From a virus, in the IMG/VR virus record IMGVR_UViG_3300037504_001427, positions 1 through 64,000 of that record: DNA of 64,000 bases. One strand, 5' to 3'. Below are positions 18,735 through 28,840 of the stretch, piece by piece (within the stretch, counting starts at the first letter, position 1; every line of letters starts with the position of its first letter). The notes beneath the pieces are model-generated. The model saw only the letters and a list, made by a program, of their open reading frames with translations, was not told the origin of the DNA and did no database searches. The translations under genes were made by a program, and so were the position numbers.

Positions 18735-20060
18735 ATGCCCGAGGTCTTTTTGTCGAATCCTGGGATGGAACTCGCCATCCTCGGAAACCCTCCAGGAGGC
18801 CGCTCCATGCGTAAGAGCCGCAAGAGCCGCAGGCAAGCGAAGCGTATCGCTTATTACGTCAATCCGCGCTCCTCTGTGATCTCCAGTATCGGCCGGGAGT
18901 TCGGCTACACTGGGGGCGACACGGTCAAGAAAATCGGCCGGCGTAAAAAGAGCGCCAAGCAGAGCGCCTCCGCTGCGCGCCGCTTCAAAGCCGTCCGTAG
19001 CATTCGTGCGGGCAGCAAAAAAGGCAAGGTCAAGCGTATCGGAACTCGCCGCCGCACCTCCATCCGGCCAAAGGACGATAATGCGTTCTTCGGCTATCGT
19101 CGTACCACCACCAAACGCCCCACCAAGGGGAAAGGGAAGAAGTCCATGGCCAAGACCAAGACTCGCAAGGCCCCGAAGCGTCGCGGGCGCAAGACTCTGC
19201 CGAAGAACGCAGCACGCGTCGGCTGGAAAAGGCGCAGCCAGAAGGTCGGCAAGACCTACAGTGGCAAGCGCGGAAGCATCCGCGTCGATCGCAAGCGCAA
19301 GAGCACCAAGGGTCGCAAGCGTGCGAAGCGCGCGCCCTACGGCATCGTTCCTCGCACCGGCAAGAAGGGCACCGTCACCTACCGCGGTCGCTTCTACAAG
19401 AAGGGGAAGCGGGGGTCGCGTCGCGTCTATTTCACGAACCCGGCCAAGATGATCACCGGCTACACCAACACCCTGATGGCGGCGCCGATGGACATCGTGC
19501 GCGAACTCAGCGGCAAGAACATGATCATGAATGCCGCCTACATCAGTGGCGGTACGCTGGCCACCTACTTCGCTGGCCAGCTCGTGCAGAACCTGCTGAC
19601 CAACGTGCCGGGTGTGAACACCGTCATGGAAAATCCGATGGCCAACCGCGTCATCACGGCAGCCATGCCGTTCTCGGTCGGCTATCTGGCCAGCGGGTTC
19701 GTCAAGAACAACAAGATCAAGAAGGCGATGGTCCTCGGCGGCGCGGCTGCCTCCATCGTGACTCTGATCTGGCCGAGTGGCCTGCGTGACGTGCTGTCCT
19801 ACCTCGGCCTCGGGCAGATGCTGAACGGCGCCGACATGCTCGCCGGCTATGTCGCCGCCCCCGGCTACCAGGGTGTCGGTGTCAACGGCTACGTCGAAGC
19901 ACCGAGCTACCAGGGTGTCGGCGGAAGCGAGATGCTTCCCGGCATGGGCAACGACGACCTGCTCGCCGGCTACGTCGAGGACGCCGGCTATCGTGGTGCC
20001 GCGCTGAACGGCTACCTCGACCAGCCTGGCTACCTGGCCGAAGCCAGCTACCTGGCCTGA
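18735..20060 (+). CDS. core-like protein: K/R-rich N-half, hydrophobic helices, GY-repeat tail
   Basis: Sequence composition; lies directly upstream of the capsid candidate. Confidence 0.7.
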   Translation: MPEVFLSNPGMELAILGNPPGGRSMRKSRKSRRQAKRIAYYVNPRSSVISSIGREFGYTGGDTVKKIGRRKKSAKQSASAARRFKAVRSIRAGSKKGKVKRIGTRRRTSIRPKDDNAFFGYRRTTTKRPTKGKGKKSMAKTKTRKAPKRRGRKTLPKNAARVGWKRRSQKVGKTYSGKRGSIRVDRKRKSTKGRKRAKRAPYGIVPRTGKKGTVTYRGRFYKKGKRGSRRVYFTNPAKMITGYTNTLMAAPMDIVRELSGKNMIMNAAYISGGTLATYFAGQLVQNLLTNVPGVNTVMENPMANRVITAAMPFSVGYLASGFVKNNKIKKAMVLGGAAASIVTLIWPSGLRDVLSYLGLGQMLNGADMLAGYVAAPGYQGVGVNGYVEAPSYQGVGGSEMLPGMGNDDLLAGYVEDAGYRGAALNGYLDQPGYLAEASYLA

Positions 20061-20194
20061 CCGATCATATCGGGCTGCGCAGTCCGAATTTCGGGAAGTA
20101 GGCTGCTCGCAGAAGTTCTGCGGGAGTGTCCAGACGAACCCCACCGCTCCACAACCAACCCAGAGGGCGAAAATCCCTCTTCAGGAGAAGCATC

Positions 20195-20776
20195 ATGCCC
20201 GTTTTCCGCAGTGTGCAGGACGCGCAGGCCGGTGAGGTCAAGCTCGAGGCTCTTCACCAGCCGATCTACGACGAACAGACCATCACCTCCGCGACGGACT
20301 ATTCGTTCTTCCAGAATCCGGCCGGCCGCAGCGAGCTGTTGACCAACGTCAACACCGCCGGTCAGCTTTCGTGGCCGAAGCGCTTCAGCGTCAAGGCCAT
20401 CCGTCTGGTGCTGGACTTCGACACCGAAGTCGCATCAGCGGTGCTGATCTACAAGAACACCCTGTTCCGCCTGAAGGTCGGCGAGAAGAACTATCTCACC
20501 ATTCCGGCCTTCATGCTGACGCCGGGCGTCGGCCTCGAGGTGTACAACACCTGGGATCTGGCGATCGCTCGCGCTTCGAACCCGCCGACCGTGTACGCCC
20601 ACAACGGTCGTCCCGAACACCGCAACATCTACTCGCTGATCCACGCGGTCTACATCCCGCCGGTGCAGAACTTCTCTGCGACCCTGTCCGTCACGGGCAC
20701 GGTGACCGCGCTGCCGACCGCGGGCATCCGCTCCTGGCTGTTCCTGGAAGGCGAGCTGCTGCGCGAAGTGCAGTGA
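20195..20776 (+). CDS. putative major capsid protein (single jelly-roll type)
   Basis: PIYD...FFQ.P...TNVNTAGQL...F.VKAI...IPPVQNF...LEGEL; strong RBS, upstream hairpin, biased codons, followed by a terminator. Confidence 0.6.
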   Translation: MPVFRSVQDAQAGEVKLEALHQPIYDEQTITSATDYSFFQNPAGRSELLTNVNTAGQLSWPKRFSVKAIRLVLDFDTEVASAVLIYKNTLFRLKVGEKNYLTIPAFMLTPGVGLEVYNTWDLAIARASNPPTVYAHNGRPEHRNIYSLIHAVYIPPVQNFSATLSVTGTVTALPTAGIRSWLFLEGELLREVQ

Positions 20777-20805
20777 GCACACTCCTCGCACTCGCGAGGA
20801 CGAAG

Positions 20806-20834
20806 AACCCCGCCGGCTGTCCGGCGGGGTTTTT
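20806..20834 (+). terminator. Rho-independent terminator
   Basis: aaccccgccgg-ctgt-ccggcggggtt followed by a T run. Confidence 0.85.
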
Positions 20835-20847
20835 CATTTGGCGCTTG

Positions 20848-21214
20848 GCGCACGTCAGAATGGCGAAAATAACGCTCTTCCCGGTTACAGCCGAGAAGAG
20901 CGTTTGGTCCGGGGACCGAAGGGCCTCTAAGACCCGCTGGACAAAAGCAAGCCCACTTTCGTGGGTTCTTCTTCGGTGTCAAGTCCCATTCACGTTGGAA
21001 CGGATTAGAGTGAGTCGCTGCTGCCACTGACGTCCGTGTGCGCCAAGCGCACGTCAGAATGGCGAAAATAACGCTCTTCCCGGTTACAGCCGAGAAGAGC
21101 GTTTGGTCCGGGGACCGAAGGGCCTCTAAGACCCGCTGGACAAAAGCAAGCCCACTTTCGTGGGTTCTTCTTCGGTGTCAAGTCCCATTCACGTTGGAAC
21201 GGATTAGAGTGAGT
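20848..21214. repeat. 168-bp direct repeat (20848-21015 and 21047-21214)
   Basis: Copies identical by eye, period 199 bp; contains several hairpins. Confidence 0.9.
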
Positions 21215-21235
21215 GGCAGCAGCGACTCAAGTCGT

Positions 21236-21700
21236 CTAGAGGGCAATGCTGTTGTCTAACATGTTGTTTTCGGCGACGGCGCGTGAGACCGTCCTGCCGC
21301 CGAGTCCGAGCTGTTGCGCGCGCTCGTCATTGAGCTTGCGTGCCGTCTGGAAGGCTTGGGCCAACTCGCGTTCGTCCCAATTTTCCTGTTCAAGCAGTTC
21401 GATAATGCTGGCTTCGCCTCTTGTCGGGGCTTCGGTGACGAAGTCATGGTAGAGCGGACGGCGCAGGCCGCGGCAGGCGGGAGCCATGGCGCGGGCCAGC
21501 AGGGCAACGCGTTGCGCATTCTCGCCTATGGGTTCAATCTTGCCCTTGAGCCAGCCGTAGAGGGTCTGGCGTGAGACACCGAAGAGCGTGGCGACCTGGC
21601 TCTTGCCCAGGCCGATGAAACGAGTGATGAGGGAGACTTGGCCTTTGGGCAGGAGTGGAATGTGGGCCACTTCGCCTGCCTCACGTTTCAGGCGTGTCAT
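21236..21700 (-). CDS. HTH (Xre-like) DNA-binding protein
   Basis: KSQVATLFGVSRQTLYGWLKG. Confidence 0.7.
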   Translation of the reverse strand: MTRLKREAGEVAHIPLLPKGQVSLITRFIGLGKSQVATLFGVSRQTLYGWLKGKIEPIGENAQRVALLARAMAPACRGLRRPLYHDFVTEAPTRGEASIIELLEQENWDERELAQAFQTARKLNDERAQQLGLGGRTVSRAVAENNMLDNSIAL

Positions 21701-21993
21701 TCGTCAACTTGTTGCCGCATCTGCTGCGCGGCGAAGTAATCCTTGAGTCGCTGCAGGCCTTCGGCGCCCAGCGCTGCGGCCAGAATGGCCACTGCTTCTG
21801 TGTCTTGTGTCTCGAGGAACTTGCGCAGGCCGCGGACGGCCATTTCCTTTCCGGCCGCCGGGCACGCGCGAACCTTGTTCGCAGCACTGAACAGCCCCAT
21901 GGCCTGGTTGATCTGGAGGTTGAGCGTGGCGCTCAGCGCGCCGGCCACCAGGTCGCTCAGCAGATCGACCTCAGCCTCGGGAAAATCAGTCAT
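21697..21993 (-). CDS. hypothetical protein
   Basis: MTDFPE start after gagg; overlaps both neighbours. Confidence 0.55.
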   Translation of the reverse strand: MTDFPEAEVDLLSDLVAGALSATLNLQINQAMGLFSAANKVRACPAAGKEMAVRGLRKFLETQDTEAVAILAAALGAEGLQRLKDYFAAQQMRQQVDE

Positions 21994-22867
21994 TGATCGC
22001 CTCGTAGAGCGACAGCTCTGTCGTCGGTTCGGGGAGAATGCGGAGGTCTGACCGTTCGTGGCTGTGCCCAAAACGGTCCACATAGAGCCCTCGATACAAG
22101 GGCTCGTTGGAGAGGATGCGGCTGATCAAGCTCGCGTGGAATTTCTTTTTCGGCTGGAAGAACGTGCTATCATTCATGATGGAGGCGATGTCTCTCACCG
22201 TGCGGCCCTGAGAGCGCAAATAGAAAGTTACTAGAACGATCTTTCGCTTGTTCTGGTCCACGGTCAGTTCGTTGTCGACCACGCGATACCCGAACGGCAC
22301 GCGACCGCCTGTGTAGCCTCCCTTGCGGGCCTTCTGGCGCAGTCCGTTGTGCGTGCGTAGCGTGATGAGGGCTGCCTCGTATTGCTTGAAGGCGGCCAGG
22401 ATCTGGCGAAACAACGCCCGCTGTGGATCGGTGCCGCCGTCCTTGAGTGCCTCCTGCTCCTGCGGCTGGACACTGTGCGTCTGCACGTCAGCGTTCCAGA
22501 GCAGTCGCAGAATCATCTCCTGGTCGGTGAGCTGCCGCGAGAGACGGTCCAGCATGTAGACCACCAAGTGCCGTGGGCGCTCGGCCGGTTGGGAGAGAAC
22601 GCTCAGCAGACAGGCGAAGAGCGGGCGTGTGGCCTGCGAGGTATCGAACCCCTTCGCGGAAAACGAGAACAGATCCTTGGCAGCGGTCGCCGCCTCCGTG
22701 ACAATGGCCGGATCACCAAGTCCATTCTGGGCGCAGTACCGCTGAATATCTTCGATCTGCGCCTCAGGAGAATAGCCATCGGCCTGCTGTCCCGTCGACA
22801 CTCGGACATAGCCCCAGCAGGTCACACTGTCCTGCGCATCAAGGATGCCATCCACCGTCTCGATCAT
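21986..22867 (-). CDS. serine recombinase (resolvase catalytic domain plus recombinase domain)
   Basis: YVRVST..Q...LDRLSR...GGRVPFGY. Confidence 0.9.
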   Translation of the reverse strand: MIETVDGILDAQDSVTCWGYVRVSTGQQADGYSPEAQIEDIQRYCAQNGLGDPAIVTEAATAAKDLFSFSAKGFDTSQATRPLFACLLSVLSQPAERPRHLVVYMLDRLSRQLTDQEMILRLLWNADVQTHSVQPQEQEALKDGGTDPQRALFRQILAAFKQYEAALITLRTHNGLRQKARKGGYTGGRVPFGYRVVDNELTVDQNKRKIVLVTFYLRSQGRTVRDIASIMNDSTFFQPKKKFHASLISRILSNEPLYRGLYVDRFGHSHERSDLRILPEPTTELSLYEAIND

Positions 22868-22870
22868 GGC

Positions 22871-23179
22871 CTACTTCTTGGGCTCGTTCACCTGGGCCAT
22901 GAGGGAGAGGTACACGCTCACGGCAACCCGCGGATCGAAATGATCGCTGCCGAAGCGATTGTAGGTGTCGAGGATCATCCTTTCTCGGCTGACCTTGTTC
23001 ACCTTGGCATAGGTGCGGCCCAGATGCGTCGCCACGTCGACATAGGGCCGGCGCTCATCCGACGTGAGATCAGAGAACACACGCAGCGGCGGCGGAGAGC
23101 CGTCCTCGTTCCGGGCCTTGCCGCGCGCCTCGTGGGCTGCGAATACCGTGGCCGCCAAAGTCGTCTTGAATTCCAGCAT
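22871..23179 (-). CDS. hypothetical protein
   Basis: MLEFKTT start after gagga. Confidence 0.55.
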   Translation of the reverse strand: MLEFKTTLAATVFAAHEARGKARNEDGSPPPLRVFSDLTSDERRPYVDVATHLGRTYAKVNKVSRERMILDTYNRFGSDHFDPRVAVSVYLSLMAQVNEPKK

Positions 23180-23688
23180 CAGTTCGTCCTCTCTGTTTCC
23201 CACGGGTTCTTGATCAGGCCCGCGGGGCTCTGTGGGTGGGTGTAGAAGTTTTCGGCGTTGATGCCGCGGCTGAGCAGCGACTGGCGCACATACGCATCCG
23301 GGTCGACCTTGTTCATCTGCTCGCGACAAAACATGATGAAGTGGACGATGACGGAGATCTCGTCCTGGCTGGTGAAGCACACCTTGTCCGTTGGCTTGTT
23401 GTCCTTGTCCACCTGATACAGGCAGACTTCATCGTGCGTCTGAGACATATCCCCGGTCTTGTGGGACTGCAGGCCGGAGAAGCGGAAGTTCTCCGGAACG
23501 CAGTTATCGGGAAACGACCCGAGGCGCGACAGCACTCGCTTCCACAGTCGTTCTGCCTTGATCCGCTGTTCGGCGACTCGGTTCTCCTGCTTCCGCAGTT
23601 CCGGCAGCAGAGAGAGGAGTGAATCGCCGGAGACGGCGAGCAGGGTGAAATAGGCATCCACCCAATAGCGCATGGACTGGGCCTTCAT
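23179..23688 (-). CDS. hypothetical protein
   Basis: Translationally coupled ORF. Confidence 0.6.
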   Translation of the reverse strand: MKAQSMRYWVDAYFTLLAVSGDSLLSLLPELRKQENRVAEQRIKAERLWKRVLSRLGSFPDNCVPENFRFSGLQSHKTGDMSQTHDEVCLYQVDKDNKPTDKVCFTSQDEISVIVHFIMFCREQMNKVDPDAYVRQSLLSRGINAENFYTHPQSPAGLIKNPWETERTN

Positions 23689-24140
23689 ATGGAAAGCTCC
23701 TCGACGCGCTCGGCATCAACCTCGATGGGTTTCTCCTGTCCCGAGGAAGGAGGGCCGTCGTCGTCCTCGCCTCCATCATCGCCCTCGTCATCTCCGAACT
23801 CATCGAAGAACCCGATACACTGCACCACCACCATGTGGCCGGGAGTGAACACGGTGTCGACGACGGTCGATTCATCATCCTCGGAGAGTCCGGAAACGAT
23901 GGTGTCCAGCGACTCTTCCAGACGGGCATCCTGGGGATCCAACTGGACGACGTGCGGGCACAGCACCGGGAAGGCGGCCACTTGAGGGGCATCGTCCACC
24001 AGCGTGAGGGCCAATACGACCTTGTTGCCGACCTCATGGGCCCCGACACTGATGATATCGGCGGTATCGGCGAATCTCGCCACCCGCTTATTGAAGTCGG
24101 AGAGGCTTTCTCGCTTCGGATTGAATACCATGATGTTCAT
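23685..24140 (-). CDS. acidic hypothetical protein
   Basis: Translationally coupled ORF. Confidence 0.6.
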   Translation of the reverse strand: MNIMVFNPKRESLSDFNKRVARFADTADIISVGAHEVGNKVVLALTLVDDAPQVAAFPVLCPHVVQLDPQDARLEESLDTIVSGLSEDDESTVVDTVFTPGHMVVVQCIGFFDEFGDDEGDDGGEDDDGPPSSGQEKPIEVDAERVEELSI

Positions 24141-24832
24141 TGGCGCTGTTCCTTTCGGGCATCGAGTAGTGCCCGCTCATAGGCTGGGCCGAGTTTGCGG
24201 AACATCTGCTCCTCGGGAGAGAGGTTCTCTCCGTCGGCGGCAACGGCAAGCCCTTCAAGCTGCGGCTCTTCGGACTCCTCCGCAATGATGATATCAGGAC
24301 CATATTTCTCTTGTCGTGCCAATTGGCGCGATATGCGGACGAAGGACGTCTGCTCTGCCCACGAGAGATCCCGCAACTCATCGCCGTGCTCAGTATCCGG
24401 CGACGCAAGGAGTATGGCGCCGCAGGTGGTCTCAACACCATCCCTGCTGACGGTGTTCCGACACAGGATCGCCTCATTCGTGGCGCCATCGGGGAACACG
24501 GCAGGACGCACGGCTCGGTAGTCGGCCCGCGTCGCGGCCTCTTGATTACAGCGAGGACACTTCAGGCCGCACTCGGCAATATCGTGCCGGCTGACAAAGT
24601 AGGCATCGTGCTCGCAAGGCACAGCGCCCAAAGGATCGCACGGAAGATAGATCGGCCCTCCGGCTGCGGCAGGTAGATCCGCTGATTCAGCGCGCTGGCT
24701 TCGATGAGACTGAGGGGACAGGCCTCGGACTTCGGCCTCACTCTTCGCCTGCAGACCAAGCCTGCGCCTGCCATAGACGACCAGCGCGATAAACTGCAGG
24801 ATCACAACGATGAGAAGGATCAGTTCGGTCAT
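24137..24832 (-). CDS. N-terminal TM, Cys-cluster (Zn-ribbon-like) protein
   Basis: MTELILLIVV...; CPRC motif. Confidence 0.6.
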   Translation of the reverse strand: MTELILLIVVILQFIALVVYGRRRLGLQAKSEAEVRGLSPQSHRSQRAESADLPAAAGGPIYLPCDPLGAVPCEHDAYFVSRHDIAECGLKCPRCNQEAATRADYRAVRPAVFPDGATNEAILCRNTVSRDGVETTCGAILLASPDTEHGDELRDLSWAEQTSFVRISRQLARQEKYGPDIIIAEESEEPQLEGLAVAADGENLSPEEQMFRKLGPAYERALLDARKEQRQ

Positions 24833-25188
24833 CCGAGCACGGCCTTCCAGAACTCGGACTCGTTTGGGCCCCAGGAGCCCAGGCGGGTCCACCCTGTTCC
24901 GTCGGCGAGGGCAACGTGCGCGACAACGCCCTCCCGCGTCACGAGCACCACGCGGAACCCGCACCGCGCGGCGAGTTGCTGACAGACGTGATTCTGCAGT
25001 GGTGCGAGGGAGTAATTCTCGGTTTTCACCTCGATCCATGCGTGCTTGCCGCGGTTGCCGCAAAGCACATCCGGCAACCCGGCCGTTTGGCCGAAACTGC
25101 CAGAAATGGGAGTCCAGAACCCGTGCGGGGCGAACCGATCAAACCAGCGGCGGAGGGCAGCCTTGAAAGCGGTCTCAGGAGTCGGCAT
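24829..25188 (-). CDS. VRR-NUC/PD-(D/E)XK nuclease (Holliday junction resolvase-like)
   Basis: E..F...GLPDV...WIEVK...LAPLQ. Confidence 0.8.
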   Translation of the reverse strand: MPTPETAFKAALRRWFDRFAPHGFWTPISGSFGQTAGLPDVLCGNRGKHAWIEVKTENYSLAPLQNHVCQQLAARCGFRVVLVTREGVVAHVALADGTGWTRLGSWGPNESEFWKAVLG

Positions 25189-25229
25189 GCCGCTATTCTA
25201 CAGCCATCGGGGTCCGTTACGAACGCATA

Positions 25230-25538
25230 TTATTGGTTACTCAAGGTCTCGTCAGCATTGGACTTACGCCCAAACCGCGGTGCAAGCGGCAGATTGACTT
25301 CCATGGTGCCTCCCAGCGAATGGAGGACACGCAAGAGAGAATCCACGGTGACAGAGGTCGGATCCTTGAGCACCCGCCGGGTCGTGGTCAACGAGACTCC
25401 GGCCATGACGGAAATCTGCGCGACCGGGATGTGCATCCCAGCCGCTCTGAGCTGCTGCCGGAACTCGCGGAACGTCTCGCGCACCTCGCTAAGCAGTTGG
25501 CGATTCTTCTTCTTAGGAATAGGAAACCGACGGGCCAT
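25230..25538 (-). CDS. HTH transcriptional regulator
   Basis: AQISVMAGVSLTTTRRVL; RBS aggag. Confidence 0.65.
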   Translation of the reverse strand: MARRFPIPKKKNRQLLSEVRETFREFRQQLRAAGMHIPVAQISVMAGVSLTTTRRVLKDPTSVTVDSLLRVLHSLGGTMEVNLPLAPRFGRKSNADETLSNQ

Positions 25539-25620
25539 GGCCGCTCCTACTTGCGTATCATAAAAGAGCGTCCGTGAATTACAAGATCACGCACCGCTCG
25601 GGTCATCGGCAAGGCGATGA

Positions 25621-26084
25621 TCATGCAGTGCTCCGAGGGTCCACCACCATGATCTTGTTGATCCGTTCCGCCAGATCGGGGTGAATGATGGCCACCACGA
25701 TCTCCTGGTCCTCGATGGCAACCTTGGTCGAAACCATAGGGGTCTGGGCCGTCTGCCTAGCCGTCTCATAGGCGTCCAGGAGCGGCCCCAGGTCAGTCAT
25801 CATACCGTGTGTCCTCGGAGCGGCATCATCACGCGCGCACTTCCGCAGAGACGCTAGGTCGAAACGGGATACGGAGACGCCTTCCACGAATCCGCACCCG
25901 GCGACCCAGACGGTGCAGCACTGGTCACTCGCCGGCTGGTCCATAATGCGGACCTCGCGTCCGATCAGCGGGGCCCAGAAGGAATTGGCTCGATTCTGCT
26001 CGGTATCGGCCACGGGCGCACGCAAGATTTCTTTCCCGTGTGCGAAGCCGCAGCCGTAGTCGTTGCCACCGCCTACTGGATATC

Positions 26085-26088
<4 letters not shown>
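25621..26088 (-). CDS. hypothetical protein starting with the array leader MRYPVG
   Basis: MRYPVGGGNDYGCGF followed by unique sequence. Confidence 0.6.
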
Positions 26089-26282
<194 letters not shown>

Positions 26283-27816
26283 CGCCCCTCCACTGTGCCG
26301 AACCCGAAGCCGAAGCCGTAGCCGTAGCCGGTGCCGTAGCCGTCGCCGAAGCCGTCGCCGAAACCGTCGCCGTAGTCGAAGCCGTCGCCGAAGCCGTGGC
26401 CTAAGCCGCGGCCGAAGCCGTGGCCGAAGCCGACGCCGTCGCCGTTGCCGTAGCCGTTGCCGTAGCCGTGGCCGAAGCCGGCGCCGTCGCCGTTGTCGTA
26501 ACCGTCGCCGAAGCCGTAACCGTCGCCGAAGCCGTCACCTACTGGATAGTTCATCGCCTGCTTCCTACTGTGCCGTAGCCGTAGCCGCGGCCGTTGCCGC
26601 AGCCGTTGCCGTAGCCCTCGCCGTCCCCGTAGCCGTAGCCGCAGCCGTCACCGTAGCCGTAGCCGAAACCGTCGCCGAAGCCGAGGCCGTTGCCGTTGCC
26701 GTTGCCGTCGCCAAAACCGTTGCCGAAACCGTCGCCGAAACCGTCGCCGAAGCCACCGTAACCGTCGCTGAAGCCGTGGCCGTAGCCGTAGCCGTAGCCG
26801 GTGCCGTTGCCTACTGGATATCTCATCGCCCCTCCACTGTGCCGTTGCCGTCGCCGAAGCCGTAGCCGTAGCCGGTGCCGCAGCCGGTGCCGAAGCCGTC
26901 GCCGAAACCGTCGCCGTAGTCGAAGCCGTCGCCGAAGCCGTGGCCGTCACCGTAGCCGTAGCCGAAGCCGAGGCCGTTGCCGCTGCCGTTGCCGCTGCCA
27001 AAACCGTTGCCGAAACCGTCGCCGAAACCGTCGCCGAAGCCACCGTAACCGTCGCCGAAGCCGTAACCGTCGTCGTAACCGTCACCTACTGGATATCTCA
27101 TCGCCCCTCCACTGTGCCGTTGCCGTCGCCGAAGCCGTCGCCGAAGCTGTAGCCGTAGCCGTCGCCGTTGCCGAAGCCGTTACCGAAGTCGTCGCCGAAG
27201 CCGTGGCTGAAGCCGTGGCCGAAGCCGGCGCCGTAGCCGTTGCCGTAACCGTCGCCGAAGCCGTAACCGTCGCCGAAGCCGTAACCGTCGCCGTAACCGT
27301 CACCTACTGGATATCTCATCGCCCCTCCACTGTGCCGCGCCCGTTGCCGTAGCCTTCGCCGTCCCCGTAGCCGTAGCCTTCGCCGTCCCCGTAGCCGTAG
27401 CCGCAGCCGGTGCCGTTGCCGTTGCCGTTGCCGTTGCCGTAGCCATTGCCGTAACCGGAGCCGGAGCCGTCGCCGAAGCCGTCGCCGAAGCCGTCGCCGA
27501 AGCCGTAGCCGTAGCCTACTGGATATCTCATCGCCCCTCCCCTTTGCCGTTGCCGTCGCCATAGCCATAGCCAGCGCCGTAGCCGTATCCGTAGCCGAAG
27601 CCGTAGCCGAAGCCGCCGCCGTAGCCGTCGCCGCCGACGAAACGATAGCCGTTGCCGTAGCCGTTACCGTAACCGTAGCCGGTGCCGCGGCCGTTGCCGT
27701 AGCCGAAGTTGTAACCGTCGCCGTTACCGGTGCCGTAGCCGCTGTCGTCGCCTACTGGATATTTCATCACCCCTCCACTGTGCCGTTGCCGCTGTCGTCG
27801 CCTACTGGATATTTCA

Positions 27817-28149
27817 TCACCCCTCCACTGTGCCGTTGCCGTTGCCGTAGCCAGCGTCGGTGCCGTAGCCGTCGCCGAAGCCGTAGCCGTAGCCGTTGCC
27901 GTAACCGGCGCCGTCGCCGTCGCCGTCGCCGTCGCCGTAGCCGAAGCCGCAGCCGAAGCCGAAGCCGTAGCCGTAGCCGTAGCCGTAGCCGCAGCCGTAA
28001 CCGGCGCCGTCGCCGTAGCCGTTGCCGTCGCCGAAGCCGTCGCCGAAGCTGTAGCCGTAGCCGTCGCCGTTGCCGAAGCCGTTACCGAAGCCGTCGCCGA
28101 AGCCGTGGCCGAAGCCGTCGCCGAACCCGCCACCTACTGGATATCTCAT
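27817..28149 (-). CDS. Gly-X repeat microprotein (longest unit, 110 aa)
   Basis: MRYPVGGGFG...GTVEG. Confidence 0.65.
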   Translation of the reverse strand: MRYPVGGGFGDGFGHGFGDGFGNGFGNGDGYGYSFGDGFGDGNGYGDGAGYGCGYGYGYGYGFGFGCGFGYGDGDGDGDGAGYGNGYGYGFGDGYGTDAGYGNGNGTVEG

Positions 28150-28840
28150 CGCCTGCTTACTGTGCCGTAGCCGCAGCCGAAGCCGGCGCCGTCGCCGTTG
28201 CCGTAACCGTCGCCGAAGCCGTCGCCGAAGCCGAAGCCGAAGCCGCCGTAGCCGAAGCCGGCGCCGTCGCCGTTGCCGTAACCGTCGCCGTGGCCGTGGC
28301 CGTGGACGAAGCCGTAGCCGTAGCCTACTGGATATTTCATCGCCCCTCCACTGTGCCGCGGCCGTTGCCATAGCCAGCGCCGGTGCCGTAGCCGTAGCCG
28401 AAGCCGAAGCCGTCGCCGAAGCCGAAGCCGTAGCCGAAGCCGTAGCCGAAGCCGTAGCCGAAGCCGGAACCGTCGCCGAAACCGTCGCCGAAGCCGGAGC
28501 CTTCGCCGTCGCCGAAGCCGTGGCCGAAGCCGTCGCCGAAGCCGTAGCCGAAGCCGCCACCTACTGGATATCTCATCGCCTGCTTACTGTGCCGTAGCCG
28601 CAGCCGTCGCCGCAGCCGTCGCCGTTGCCGTCGCCGCAGCCGGTGCCGCAGTCGTTGCCGTTGCCGTAGCCGTGGCCGTAGCCGAAGCCGTAGCCGAAGC
28701 CGTAACTGTCGCCACAGGCGTAGCCGTAGCCGTGGCCGTCGCCGAGGCCGCAGACATTGCCGAAGCCGTAGCCGTAGCCGAAGCCGCAGCCGTAGCCGTT
28801 GCCTCCACCTACTGGATATTTCATCGCCCGCGCTCCACTG

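Noticed and set aside
21236-21700. Xre-RES toxin-antitoxin pair
   Set aside because: No toxin ORF downstream; the 168-bp repeat follows instead.
21986-22867. IS607 transposase or defined prophage boundary
   Set aside because: No N-terminal MerR-type HTH or tnpB; viral-type genes continue on both sides, and no host genes or att pair are identifiable.
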